Shown here: piece by piece, positions 35,099 through 44,722 of the stretch
Layout: each line of letters starts with the position of its first letter
How positions within the stretch are numbered: position 1 is the stretch's first letter
Assembly: GCA_016432365.1 (NCBI GenBank)
Contig: CP066686.1
Location: 410,906 to 474,905 of the forward strand
From: Candidatus Woesebacteria bacterium
GTDB lineage: Bacteria; Patescibacteriota; Microgenomatia; UBA8517
Reading direction: 5' to 3'
DNA: 64,000 nt
The notes under the pieces: model-generated
Told to the model about the DNA's origin: nothing
Database searches by the model: none
Seen by the model: the letters and a program-made list of their open reading frames with translations, nothing else
Program-made: the position numbers and the translations under genes

Positions 35099-37018
35099 AT
35101 GAACATATTAATTACAGGTGGGGCGGGCTTCATTGGAAGCAACTTCGTCCACTATTGGATCAAAAAGCACCCCAATGACAAGATAAGGGTCCTGGATGCG
35201 TTAACTTTTGCCGGCAACAAGGCTAACTTAAACGGAGTTTTAAGAAAAATCGACTTTGTGGAGGGTGATATCACTAGTCACGACCAGGTTGCTGCAAGCA
35301 TGAAGGGGATTGACACGGTGGTCCATTTTGCCGCGGAAAGCCATGTGGATAGAAGCATTTTTGACCCAAGCAGGTTCTGGAAAACAAATGTTGAAGGAAC
35401 TCAAGTTTTGCTTGAAGAAGCTCTAAAAGCCAAAGTACCCAGATTTCACCATGTTTCAACAGATGAGGTTTATGGTGAGTTGGCGCTCGATTCTAAAGAA
35501 CGTTTTAATGAGGATACTCCCTACGCGCCCCAACCTGACAACCTTTACGCTATAAGTAAAGCCGAGGCAGATCGTGTTACCCGCGAATTCTACAAACAAA
35601 CTGGCATGTTTATTACAATTTCTAACTGTTCCAATAATTACGGACCTTTCCAATTCCCCGAGAAATTTATTCCTATTTTGGTTACGAATCTTATCGATGG
35701 CTATAAGGCTCCGGTTCATGGTGACGGTCAGCATGTCCGCGACTGGATTCATACCAGTGACCATGCTACGGCGGTGGACCTAATACTCGAAAAGGGAAAA
35801 CCGGGAGAGACCTACCTAGTAGGAAGCAGGAATGATGTTCCAAATAAATATATCGCCGAACGTATCGTCAACCTTTATGGAAAGGACGATAGTTGGATCA
35901 AATATGTTCCCGACAGACATAGTAACGATAGACGTTACGCAATCGATTCCACAAGGATGATTAAGGAGTTAGGTTGGAAACCGGCAATTACTCGCGAAAA
36001 TTTTGACGATGGCCTAAAAGACACAATTTCCTGGTATAAGGGACACCCCGAATGGTGGAGACCGCTTCTAAAAAGGAAAGCCATGATTGCCGACGGAGAT
36101 CAAAAGGTTTTCGCATACGTCGAAATCGATCGCAATTTAGGTAAAACAAAGTTTATATACAAAGAACAAGAGGAGGGTAAAAAGGACAAACTTAAGTCCA
36201 GAATGCTTGGAAGCGATCCCAACAAAGTGTCGTTAATTGTACACAAACTTAAAAGTCATGCTTGGTATAAAAACTCCAGCAAGCCAATTCAAAAGAAGGT
36301 TGTTGATTTGGTCAAGATTGCCAGAACTTCAGGTTTTGTAGACGATTTGGCAAATAGACCGGAACTTATGGGAACTTTGAAGCAAAATAAAATAGTAAAA
36401 ATTGAATATTCTCCTGACAAATTTGGGATTTATGGGGTTGCTATATGGTTTGAAGTGGAAAACCCACAAGGTGAAACTCATGTAGAAGGGTATTATTCTT
36501 GGGCGATGGGAGTCAAATCCGGGGCTAAACTTTTGGTTCTTATCCGCCACAAAGACAGGATTACTCATTTAGCTCTAACTAAAGAGGAAAAATTCCCGAT
36601 GGGCTCTGTTATTTACAATTTGGCCGGTGGGTTTCCCAGAATTAACGAATCGGTTTTCGACCTTATTCACCGTAAACTGGAGGATGATTTGGGAATAGAT
36701 GTTAAAAACGGTTCCGTAAAACTTGGCGAAATCATTGGGCTCGGACGTGTCATGCCCGATAGCGGAATGACAAATAACCATCCGTTTTTATATGCACTGG
36801 TACTAGACCTTGAGGACAATATTTTTCCTCCTATCAAGATGGGTGAAATTTATGAGGGAGCCGGAAAATTGGTTCTTTGGCCGATAGAGCGTTTGCAGGA
36901 ACTTGTAAATAAGGTTGATGATTCCTACTTTTTGTCAGCTTTGGCAAGGCTCACATTGAGCGGTGTCAGCGACATCAAATTGGGTGATAAGCGAGTAGTT
37001 TGGCAAAAACACCAATAG
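35099..37018 (+). CDS. rfbB: dTDP-glucose 4,6-dehydratase fused to a C-terminal Nudix-like domain of about 300 aa.
   Basis: N-terminal ILITGGAGFIGSN and the Y..K catalytic region of RmlB (about 330 aa). The C-terminal extension contains the degenerate Nudix box GGFPRINESVFDLIHRKLEDDLGI (G-x5-E-x7-R-K-L-E-D-D-L-G-I). Confidence 0.8.
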   Translation: MNILITGGAGFIGSNFVHYWIKKHPNDKIRVLDALTFAGNKANLNGVLRKIDFVEGDITSHDQVAASMKGIDTVVHFAAESHVDRSIFDPSRFWKTNVEGTQVLLEEALKAKVPRFHHVSTDEVYGELALDSKERFNEDTPYAPQPDNLYAISKAEADRVTREFYKQTGMFITISNCSNNYGPFQFPEKFIPILVTNLIDGYKAPVHGDGQHVRDWIHTSDHATAVDLILEKGKPGETYLVGSRNDVPNKYIAERIVNLYGKDDSWIKYVPDRHSNDRRYAIDSTRMIKELGWKPAITRENFDDGLKDTISWYKGHPEWWRPLLKRKAMIADGDQKVFAYVEIDRNLGKTKFIYKEQEEGKKDKLKSRMLGSDPNKVSLIVHKLKSHAWYKNSSKPIQKKVVDLVKIARTSGFVDDLANRPELMGTLKQNKIVKIEYSPDKFGIYGVAIWFEVENPQGETHVEGYYSWAMGVKSGAKLLVLIRHKDRITHLALTKEEKFPMGSVIYNLAGGFPRINESVFDLIHRKLEDDLGIDVKNGSVKLGEIIGLGRVMPDSGMTNNHPFLYALVLDLEDNIFPPIKMGEIYEGAGKLVLWPIERLQELVNKVDDSYFLSALARLTLSGVSDIKLGDKRVVWQKHQ

Positions 37019-37036
37019 ACCGTATAATTACTTCAT

Positions 37037-37624
37037 ATGATGCGGTTCGACCCCGGTAAGCATATCAAAAAGACGTCTATTCCGGGAGTTGTTCTCATTG
37101 AGCGTCCAATCTTGGGTGACGCCCGCGGGTTTCTTCATGAACCATATAACAAGGAAGAACTCAAAGCCGCGACCGGGGTTGAATTTAACCCGGTCCAGTG
37201 GACTCATGCGTATATAAAACCAGGTGTAGTGAAGGCGGTTCATTCGGAGGATTGGAACAAATTAATTTATCCGATAACAGGAATTCTCTACGCTCCGATT
37301 GTGGACCTCCGGCCCGAGAGCCCCACTTTTGGCAAGGTGGAATATATTACAATCGACAATACAAAAGAAGATTCTCCGAGACATGCTCTCTTTTTGCCGA
37401 GTGGGGGAATTGGAAATTCAATTGGCGTTTTGGGGGATGAGATGATGCATTATTTTTATTTAATCGATGAATATTGGGACGATTCAAAGGCTAGGGGGGT
37501 TGCATGGAACGATCCGGATTTAAACATTAAGTGGCCGGTGGAGAATCCCATACTTTCCGAACGTGACCAACACAATCCCACCTTGAGAGAACTTTTCCCT
37601 GAAAAATTTAAGAACAAAAAATGA
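37037..37624 (+). CDS. rfbC: dTDP-4-dehydrorhamnose 3,5-epimerase.
   Basis: Cupin-fold RmlC blocks: RGFLHEPY, VQWTHAYIKPGVVKAVHSE, ALFLPSGGIGNSIGVL. Confidence 0.85.
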   Translation: MMRFDPGKHIKKTSIPGVVLIERPILGDARGFLHEPYNKEELKAATGVEFNPVQWTHAYIKPGVVKAVHSEDWNKLIYPITGILYAPIVDLRPESPTFGKVEYITIDNTKEDSPRHALFLPSGGIGNSIGVLGDEMMHYFYLIDEYWDDSKARGVAWNDPDLNIKWPVENPILSERDQHNPTLRELFPEKFKNKK

Positions 37625-38523
37625 AAAAAGTATTGATAATCGGCGGGACTGGAATGGTAGCTTCACGGTTTGTTGATTTGACAAAAAAAATCTTGGATAT
37701 CACTTCAATCGACGAAAAGACCTTGGATATTACAGATGGTATAGCGGTAGAAAAATATCTGGAAAAAAATAAATTTGATGCAGTAGTAAATTTTGCCGCT
37801 TTTACAAATGTTGATGCGGCTGAGAAAGAAACAGGCAACGAAGAAGGGCTCACCTACAGATTAAATGTGTTAGGACCAAAAAATTTGGCTGAATACTGTA
37901 ACAACAACAATACTTTTTTAGTTCACATCTCTACAGACTTTGTTTTTCCCGGAACAGAAGGGCAGCCTGGCCCGTACGATGAAGATGCGCCTTTGCCGGA
38001 GACTCCAACCGGAATTGGCTGGTATGGTTGGACAAAAAATAGAGCGGAAGTAATGATTCAAAGTACCTCCACAGACTACGCTATTGTAAGGTATGCATAT
38101 CCTTTCCGTGCGGCACCTTTCGAATTGAAAAGCGATTGGGCTAGGGGAGTGATCAAGTTGTATGAGGAGAAAAAGTTATATCCTCTTTTTACCGACCAGA
38201 CTCAAAGCGTTATCTTTATAGACGATTTGGTTGAACCTCTAGTTAAAATTATTGACGGGAAACTTAATGGTGTTTTTCATATCGCCTCAAAAGATACTAC
38301 AACTCCGCATGAAATAGCTTCATATCTATTGGAAAAATATGTAGGTAAGCCTGTGGAACTTGAAAAGGGTCTGATGGCGGAATTTCTGAAAGCCCCGGGA
38401 AGAACTCCAAGGCCCCGAGTCGGTGGATTTAAAGTCGAAAAAACGCAAGCTAAGTTAGGGGTTCAGTTTAAAACCTGGAAAGAAATGGTTGATGAGTTTG
38501 TAAGTCAGCTTAATAAACAATAA
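37621..38523 (+). CDS. rfbD: dTDP-4-dehydrorhamnose reductase.
   Basis: MKKVLIIGGTGMVASRF Rossmann start. About 300 aa, directly after rfbC with a 4-nt overlap. Confidence 0.8.
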   Translation: MKKVLIIGGTGMVASRFVDLTKKILDITSIDEKTLDITDGIAVEKYLEKNKFDAVVNFAAFTNVDAAEKETGNEEGLTYRLNVLGPKNLAEYCNNNNTFLVHISTDFVFPGTEGQPGPYDEDAPLPETPTGIGWYGWTKNRAEVMIQSTSTDYAIVRYAYPFRAAPFELKSDWARGVIKLYEEKKLYPLFTDQTQSVIFIDDLVEPLVKIIDGKLNGVFHIASKDTTTPHEIASYLLEKYVGKPVELEKGLMAEFLKAPGRTPRPRVGGFKVEKTQAKLGVQFKTWKEMVDEFVSQLNKQ

Positions 38524-38560
38524 AAAGACTCGGATCGTTTTTCTCGACACGAGTCTTTTG
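38523..38560 (+). terminator. Rho-independent terminator after rfbD.
   Basis: aaagactcg ... cgagtcttt stem followed by a T-run. Confidence 0.5.
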
Positions 38561-38577
38561 GGGCATTTGCTGTTTTT

Positions 38578-38772
38578 TTAGGTGATTTGGAAAATGTAGC
38601 CAAAGTAGGCTAAGACAGCTATGGCAAACAGCACCAGTCCCCTTATGGCCCATGTGTTCTGTCTTGGGGTCATTGGTGCGTAAAGCCCGCCTGATACAGC
38701 AAAGATCCAGTGAAATATCGCAATTACCAAACACACAATTGCAAGAACGCTAAAAAACTCACTTAGTTCCAT
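38578..38772 (-). CDS. Hypothetical small 2-TM membrane protein, 64 aa.
   Basis: ORF only; hydrophobic. Confidence 0.3.
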   Translation of the reverse strand: MELSEFFSVLAIVCLVIAIFHWIFAVSGGLYAPMTPRQNTWAIRGLVLFAIAVLAYFGYIFQIT

Positions 38773-38866
38773 AAGTTGCTCCTTATTTGAACAAATAGAC
38801 AGATTTAAGAGAATACGTTTCTACTTTATCAGGGAGAATATAACATATTTGTCGAATGAAGTAAAG

Positions 38867-39526
38867 TTATGGGATGTCAGAATTTGGTTTGTCGTTCCTC
38901 CATTCAGAAATTTTCTTGTGATTCCCCGAAAGAAGCACCTTGGGTACTTTCCATCCGCGATACACTTCGGGCCTAGTGTACTGCGGATATTCGCTTTCCA
39001 TTCCGGAAAAGGACTCCTCAGTTAAGGATTTGGGTTTTATAACATTTGGGATTAGCCTTGTAACAGTATCAGCTATAACCATGGCCGGGATTTCCCCGCC
39101 GGTCAAAACATAATCTCCTATGGAAACTACGTCATCTACTAAATTTTCAGCGACTCTATTATCAATGCCTTCGTAATGTCCACAGAGGATAATCATCCTT
39201 TTGAGTTTTGAGTATTCGTTCGCCTTATCTTGTGTAAATTTTGCACCCCCAGCCGAAGTCAGTATGATTTTTTGCCCCTTAGTGCCAGGTTTAGCTTTAA
39301 TAGATTTAAGACAGGCATCAATTATATCAACCCTAAGAATCATTCCTGCCCCTCCTCCATAGGGTCTGTCGTCTACGTTTTTTCTTACACCTTCTCCGAA
39401 ATGTCTTAGATCCACTATGTTTAAATCTATAAACTTTTTATCTTGGGCACGCCACAATATAGATTGGTTCATTGGCCCATCAAACATTTTCGGGAAAAGT
39501 GTGATTATGTCAATTTGCATGATCAT
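38867..39526 (-). CDS. trmD: tRNA (guanine37-N1)-methyltransferase.
   Basis: IDIITLFPKMFDGP ... YGGGAGMIL ... LCGHYEGIDNRV ... EISIGDYVLTGGE are canonical TrmD SPOUT blocks. Confidence 0.9.
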   Translation of the reverse strand: MIMQIDIITLFPKMFDGPMNQSILWRAQDKKFIDLNIVDLRHFGEGVRKNVDDRPYGGGAGMILRVDIIDACLKSIKAKPGTKGQKIILTSAGGAKFTQDKANEYSKLKRMIILCGHYEGIDNRVAENLVDDVVSIGDYVLTGGEIPAMVIADTVTRLIPNVIKPKSLTEESFSGMESEYPQYTRPEVYRGWKVPKVLLSGNHKKISEWRNDKPNSDIP

Positions 39527-39542
39527 ATTGTATCATTAAGGC

Positions 39543-40691
39543 ATGGAGAAAGTTGTCATAGTCATGCCTGCTTACAACGAAGCTCAAAATGTTGCTCTCA
39601 TGGTTCACGAGCTTTTTTCTAAGGAGTTTCCTAAAATTGACGGAGTGGAAATGCATCTTTTGGTGGTTGATGATTTTTCTCCCGACGGAACAGGTGATGT
39701 GGTGAAAAATTTAATGAAGCATCACAAAAATCTCCACATTCTTCAAAAAGAGAAAGAAGGGTTAGGGTGGGCATATGTTCGTGGTATGCAGTACGCTATG
39801 CACAAACTTCATGCAGATGCGGTTTTGGAGATGGATGCGGACTTCCAGCATCCCCCGAGATTTGTTAAACCAATGGTGGATGCCTATTTAAAAGGTGCTG
39901 ATTATGCAATCGGATCCAGATACATTAAAGGGGGTTCTGTTCCATCTGAGTGGGCATTAAGCAGAAAGGCGGTAAGTTTTTTTGGAAATTTATTTATTCG
40001 GACTGTTCTACTTAATTTCAAAGTTCACGACTTGACTACTGGTTTTAGATTGTCGAGGGTAAAAGGGGTACTCGATAAAATCGAGTTGGAAAAATTAATG
40101 GATCTGGACCGTTTTGCTTATAAAGTTGATCTTTTATATCAGTGTCTTAAAAACTCGAAAAAAACTGTAGAAGTTCCGCTTGAGTTCGCTGCAAGAACTA
40201 AAGAAAAATCTAAATTTAATTGGAAAGAAATGGTGGCAACTTTTACAGTCGCTATCATTCTGGGAATAAAAGATAAACAGAGATTTATTAAATTCGGAAT
40301 CGTTGGAGGGACCGGTTTTGTCGTTAACTTTTTAGGACTTGAGATTTTGAAGCGTTTCGGATTTACAACTTTTATGGCAACACTCTTGGCAACAGAGGCG
40401 GCGATTATTTCTAACTTCATTTTCAATAATATTTGGACATTCAAAGACAAAGTTATTACAAAAGTGTCTGATATTTTTGTCCAATTTTTTAAATTTAACC
40501 TTTCGTCGCTGTTTGCAGTTATCGTTCAACCCTTTATTGTTTCGGGGGCGGTTAGTATTTTTGGTGACACTTCGTTAGTTCGTCTTGGGGCATTATTATT
40601 TGCTTTATTCGCCGTTGTTTTGCCTTACAATTACATTGTCTATAATGTTTTCATCTGGCGAACATGGAAAATCCCCAAATTTTCCAGATGA
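39543..40691 (+). CDS. GT2 polyprenol-phosphate sugar synthase-like glycosyltransferase fused to a C-terminal GtrA-like 4-TM domain.
   Basis: VVIVMPAYNEAQNV, VVDDFSPDGT and the DAD acidic motif. C-terminal KFGIVGGTGFVVNF ... NNIWTFKDK is GtrA-like. Confidence 0.8.
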   Translation: MEKVVIVMPAYNEAQNVALMVHELFSKEFPKIDGVEMHLLVVDDFSPDGTGDVVKNLMKHHKNLHILQKEKEGLGWAYVRGMQYAMHKLHADAVLEMDADFQHPPRFVKPMVDAYLKGADYAIGSRYIKGGSVPSEWALSRKAVSFFGNLFIRTVLLNFKVHDLTTGFRLSRVKGVLDKIELEKLMDLDRFAYKVDLLYQCLKNSKKTVEVPLEFAARTKEKSKFNWKEMVATFTVAIILGIKDKQRFIKFGIVGGTGFVVNFLGLEILKRFGFTTFMATLLATEAAIISNFIFNNIWTFKDKVITKVSDIFVQFFKFNLSSLFAVIVQPFIVSGAVSIFGDTSLVRLGALLFALFAVVLPYNYIVYNVFIWRTWKIPKFSR

Positions 40692-40763
40692 GACAGAAAA
40701 GATCTCTGGCTTGCCAGAGTAGCCTTATCTGGCGAACATGGAAAAATCCGTTTGCAGATAAAT

Positions 40764-41174
40764 CTAAGAAGACGTAACAGGAACTCTAAATTTATACCCG
40801 TAGTTAATCAAACCGGCATCTCCGTCCTCCTTTAGCTTTCTCGTCACCATTTCTACTTTGGTACCAATTTCTATCGGGGTATCTGTGTCCGGCAGATCTG
40901 TTAATTGAGCGGTTATCATCGGCCCCTCTTCGAGTTTTACTAAGGCGACTTGGTATGGGACGGATCCTTCAAAGCCGGCAGGTGGTTCATAAATTATGGT
41001 TGATGAATATATTTCTCCTTTTCCACTCATCGCAAACGGAATATGAGCTTCTCCGTGGCAATCGGGACAAACATCACGTGGAGGAAAGACTTTGTGTCCG
41101 TTTTCGCATACCTCGCCTACTAGCCTGTACCTTTGCGCATTCAATCTCCAGTGACGGGGAATTTCGTGTCCCAT
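40764..41174 (-). CDS. DUF35-family zinc-ribbon plus OB-fold protein.
   Basis: LVGEVCENGHKVFPPRDVCPDCHG (the FPPR rubredoxin-like knuckle of DUF35) followed by a beta-rich OB region. Confidence 0.6.
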   Translation of the reverse strand: MGHEIPRHWRLNAQRYRLVGEVCENGHKVFPPRDVCPDCHGEAHIPFAMSGKGEIYSSTIIYEPPAGFEGSVPYQVALVKLEEGPMITAQLTDLPDTDTPIEIGTKVEMVTRKLKEDGDAGLINYGYKFRVPVTSS

Positions 41175-41236
41175 ACACAGTTAGTCTGGAGTTCTCACCA
41201 AAACCCATGGTTCGACTTCACTCACCACAAGCTTTA

Positions 41237-42397
41237 TTAGAGGAATGGTCCCCAATTGCTGATTGGCATTACATTTTGGCTTAAGAAAGCCAACGAGAAA
41301 AGATAGATGGGGATAATTATTACCGCGAATGCCACCTTAAATTCTTTTTTAACTAAAACATCGGAAAAAGCTACAAAGAGAAACGGTACTATTGGTAAGG
41401 AATACCTCATCAGATCTCTGTGGGCAATAAAAAGAGAGAGGATATAGAAAATACCGACAAAAATTCCATACTCAAATTCTTTTTTCTGAAAGAGTCTGTA
41501 TACCCCGATGGCTCCAAAAAAATAAATAAAGATTATTTCCTCAAGCCAAAAAGTTCCGACCCAGGGTGCGGAATAATTAAATATCGAAAAAGGAGGGAAA
41601 ATCAGATGAATATTATCTCCCGAATGAAAATACGCCCAAAAATCACCTTGGGTTAGGAAATAAAATGTAAATACCAACAAAAGTGACAATGGAATTAAAA
41701 GAAGAGGATATGTTTTTTTGAAATTTAACTTTTCTATTAATTTATTGCCGGAAACATTAATTCGGTCGCGAATGAACGGGATTAAAAGGTAGGCAAAATA
41801 GGAGATGAATAAAAGAATTCCGGGCGATTTTGTTAGTTGGGCGACGGCACCCCAAACTCCGGCAAGTAAATACTTTTTATTTTTAAAGAAATAAAGGGAC
41901 GCAATAATACCTGCGACAAAAAGTGGATCGGCTGACCCAACCGATCTCACCACTAGCCAACGCGCCGGGAATATTGAAAATAAGAATGTCAGGAAAAGTG
42001 CGTTTTTTTCGTCGGTGTATTGGCCAATCAATTTAAAGAAAAAGTACGTTGCGAGGACCCCGGACATTAAAGTCACAATTAGCATTGCGTAAGGGTAGTT
42101 TGTTACGGTTCCTACAAGACGAATCAAAATAGGGAAAAGGGGAAAGTGTGCCGTATAGTATTCGGTCGAAAGCGGAAATTGGAAGCCGGACTCGATTGCA
42201 ACCTTGTTGTACATAGTTTTGGCTGCAACCATGTAGAGCGGTCCGTCATAGTTCGCGACAATTGTCGCCAATCCGTTTTGCCGCAGAGGGACTCTCCAGA
42301 GTGAGCTTAAACGAAATACAAAAGGCAGCCAAATCAAGACGGTTGGGACTAGCGAAAGAAGGGCAATCGTGGCTAAGTTCTTCAATTTTCCGTGCAT
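41237..42397 (-). CDS. Polytopic integral membrane protein of about 11 TM helices, probably GT-C-like.
   Basis: 386 aa, highly hydrophobic. Flanked by glycosyltransferase genes. Confidence 0.5.
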   Translation of the reverse strand: MHGKLKNLATIALLSLVPTVLIWLPFVFRLSSLWRVPLRQNGLATIVANYDGPLYMVAAKTMYNKVAIESGFQFPLSTEYYTAHFPLFPILIRLVGTVTNYPYAMLIVTLMSGVLATYFFFKLIGQYTDEKNALFLTFLFSIFPARWLVVRSVGSADPLFVAGIIASLYFFKNKKYLLAGVWGAVAQLTKSPGILLFISYFAYLLIPFIRDRINVSGNKLIEKLNFKKTYPLLLIPLSLLLVFTFYFLTQGDFWAYFHSGDNIHLIFPPFSIFNYSAPWVGTFWLEEIIFIYFFGAIGVYRLFQKKEFEYGIFVGIFYILSLFIAHRDLMRYSLPIVPFLFVAFSDVLVKKEFKVAFAVIIIPIYLFSLAFLSQNVMPISNWGPFL

Positions 42398-42422
42398 GTT
42401 TCAAATATAGCACGTTGCGTGT

Positions 42423-43154
42423 TTGATATGCTACACTGCTTTTGTGGCTAAATTAATTCAAGAGATATCGGTTTTTCTACCGACTTACAATGAAGAATCA
42501 AACATAGGTCTTGTTATCGTCAAAACTACCGAAGTACTCAAGGCTGTCGCCGAAAAATGGGAGCTTTTAATAATCAATGACGGTTCAACCGATTCAACGC
42601 GGGAAGTTGCCCTCACATTTTCAAAATTTGATAAAAATATCAGACTAGTCGATAACGAAAAAAACATGGGTTATGGGGCAGCGCTTGCATCCGGTTTTTA
42701 CAATTCAAAATACGAATGGATTGCCTTCATCGATTCTGATGGCCAATTTGATCTTGCCGAGATTGTAAACTTTATCGAAAAACAAAGGAATACAAAAGCA
42801 GACCTGGTCATAGGCTATTACGTATCACGAAAGGTGAGCTTTGGAAAAAAAATTACGAGCAGAATGTGGGAGACGTTAGTCTATCTGCTGTTTGGCCTTA
42901 AAGTACATGATATCGATTGCGGTTTTAAGTTGATTTCCAAAAAAGTGCTAGATAAAATTTCAAAATTGGAAAGTGAACGTGGAGCTTTTGTATCAAGTGA
43001 ACTCTTGATTAAGGCAAAAAAAGCAGGATTTAAAATCGAGGAAGTTCCGGTTACTCATTACCCCAGAATTAAAGGAGTGGGAACCGGAAGAAATATAAAT
43101 GTTATTCTAAAGAGTTTCGCCGACCTGTTTAGACTTTGGAGAAAACTCAAATGA
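42423..43154 (+). CDS. GT2 glycosyltransferase (Dpm1/polyprenol-phosphate sugar synthase-like).
   Basis: ISVFLPTYNEESNI, IINDGSTDST, DSDGQFD. Confidence 0.8.
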   Translation: MICYTAFVAKLIQEISVFLPTYNEESNIGLVIVKTTEVLKAVAEKWELLIINDGSTDSTREVALTFSKFDKNIRLVDNEKNMGYGAALASGFYNSKYEWIAFIDSDGQFDLAEIVNFIEKQRNTKADLVIGYYVSRKVSFGKKITSRMWETLVYLLFGLKVHDIDCGFKLISKKVLDKISKLESERGAFVSSELLIKAKKAGFKIEEVPVTHYPRIKGVGTGRNINVILKSFADLFRLWRKLK

Positions 43155-44722
43155 AATTAATAATTAATAATTTAAAATTCAAAATTACAAACTTTATAAA
43201 ACACAATAAAACTGAAGTGCTTTTGTTGATTTTAATTTTGTCAGTTGCGGCATTTTTTAGACTTTACAGAATTTCTGATTACATGACGTTTTTAAGCGAT
43301 GAGGGACGGGATGTAATTATTGTTAGAAGGTTTATTACCGAACTTCACCCACCTCTGATTGGGCCTGGGACTTCAGTTGGAAATATGTATTTGGGGCCGC
43401 TTTATTACTATATGATGGCCCCGGCTCTATTGCTGGCAAACTTTTCTCCAGTGGGACCGGCAATCCAAATTGCACTTTTGGGAGTTGTGACGGTTTTCTT
43501 TGTTTGGTTTGTTGGACGAAAATGGTTTCCTTCGGGGGAGAAGGTTGCCTGGGGAGCATTAATTGTGGCTGGTCTTTATGCGATTTCACCAACGGTTATA
43601 GACTTCTCAAGATCTTCCTGGAATCCAAATATAATGCCTTTCTTTTCGTTACTTTCCATATATTCAATATGGAAAGTATACGAATCCCGCGGAGCCTTGC
43701 GCGGAGTGGGATGCTGGCTTATAACATTGGGGATTTCCTACGCCTTTGTTCTTCAGTCTCATTATCTTGGTCTTTTGCTTGCCCCAACACTTTTTGTTTT
43801 TTGGTTATTAACGTTATTCAAAATTAAAAATGACAAACTTGTTAAAGCTATATTTGTCCGCTCTTCGCTCTTGGCTTTTTTGCTCTTTGCTCTTTTGATG
43901 TCTCCACTATTAATCTTTGACATACGCCATAATTGGCAAAATTATAATGCGATAAAAATATTTTTTACTTCCAGCCGTGATGTTGGCCTTCCTCTTTTGG
44001 CATATTTATCAAAAATTTGGACAACTTCCCTTATGCTTTTTACGAATTTGCTTATGGCTAAAAATATGTATTTGGGAACTTTGGCGGTTTTGGTTTCAAT
44101 AATATTTTTGGGCTGGATTTACAAAAAGCATTTTTTGAGAGGTGCCTACTTGCTTCTGTTTTTATGGATTGCGGTGGGTCTTATTGGAATAGCTGCTTAT
44201 AGAGGGCAGATTTATGACCATTATCTTGGTTTTTTGTTTCCGGCACCGTTTTTGTTATTAGGAGCTTTTGCTCAAAAAGTTTTGGATAGTAAAAACTTGT
44301 TGGCTAAAATTTTATTCTCTCTAACCATTGGGTGTGTAGTCTTTTTTAGTTTACAAAACGACCCTCCGTTTGTTAATCCCGGGTATCAAATGCCCAGGGT
44401 AATTTCAGTGGCAAAAGTTATACAGGAGAAGGCTGGTGGGGCCAAATTTAATTTAGCTGCCATATCAGATTTTGATGATAGAAGTGTTTATCTATATTTT
44501 CTAACCATTTGGGGTGCTAGAGTGGTTGATACCGACCCTTCCACTTCTGAATTTACACAAACTGATCAGCTCTTTGTTGTATGTGAATATGAAAAATCTA
44601 GGTGCGATCCGACACATAGCCCTTCCGCCTGGATTACCAGGTTCGGATGGACTAAAATAGTGGATGAATGGGAAGTTTGGGGAGGAACTCTTTATAAACT
44701 AGGCCACGCGAACTCAAAATGA
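43136..44722 (+). CDS. GT-C superfamily (ArnT/PMT-like) membrane glycosyltransferase, paralog 1.
   Basis: Loop-1 motif DEGRD plus GP..G..YLGPLYYY. Paralogous to 45689-47188 and to the C-terminal half of 47194-50310. Confidence 0.6.
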   Translation: MEKTQMKLIINNLKFKITNFIKHNKTEVLLLILILSVAAFFRLYRISDYMTFLSDEGRDVIIVRRFITELHPPLIGPGTSVGNMYLGPLYYYMMAPALLLANFSPVGPAIQIALLGVVTVFFVWFVGRKWFPSGEKVAWGALIVAGLYAISPTVIDFSRSSWNPNIMPFFSLLSIYSIWKVYESRGALRGVGCWLITLGISYAFVLQSHYLGLLLAPTLFVFWLLTLFKIKNDKLVKAIFVRSSLLAFLLFALLMSPLLIFDIRHNWQNYNAIKIFFTSSRDVGLPLLAYLSKIWTTSLMLFTNLLMAKNMYLGTLAVLVSIIFLGWIYKKHFLRGAYLLLFLWIAVGLIGIAAYRGQIYDHYLGFLFPAPFLLLGAFAQKVLDSKNLLAKILFSLTIGCVVFFSLQNDPPFVNPGYQMPRVISVAKVIQEKAGGAKFNLAAISDFDDRSVYLYFLTIWGARVVDTDPSTSEFTQTDQLFVVCEYEKSRCDPTHSPSAWITRFGWTKIVDEWEVWGGTLYKLGHANSK

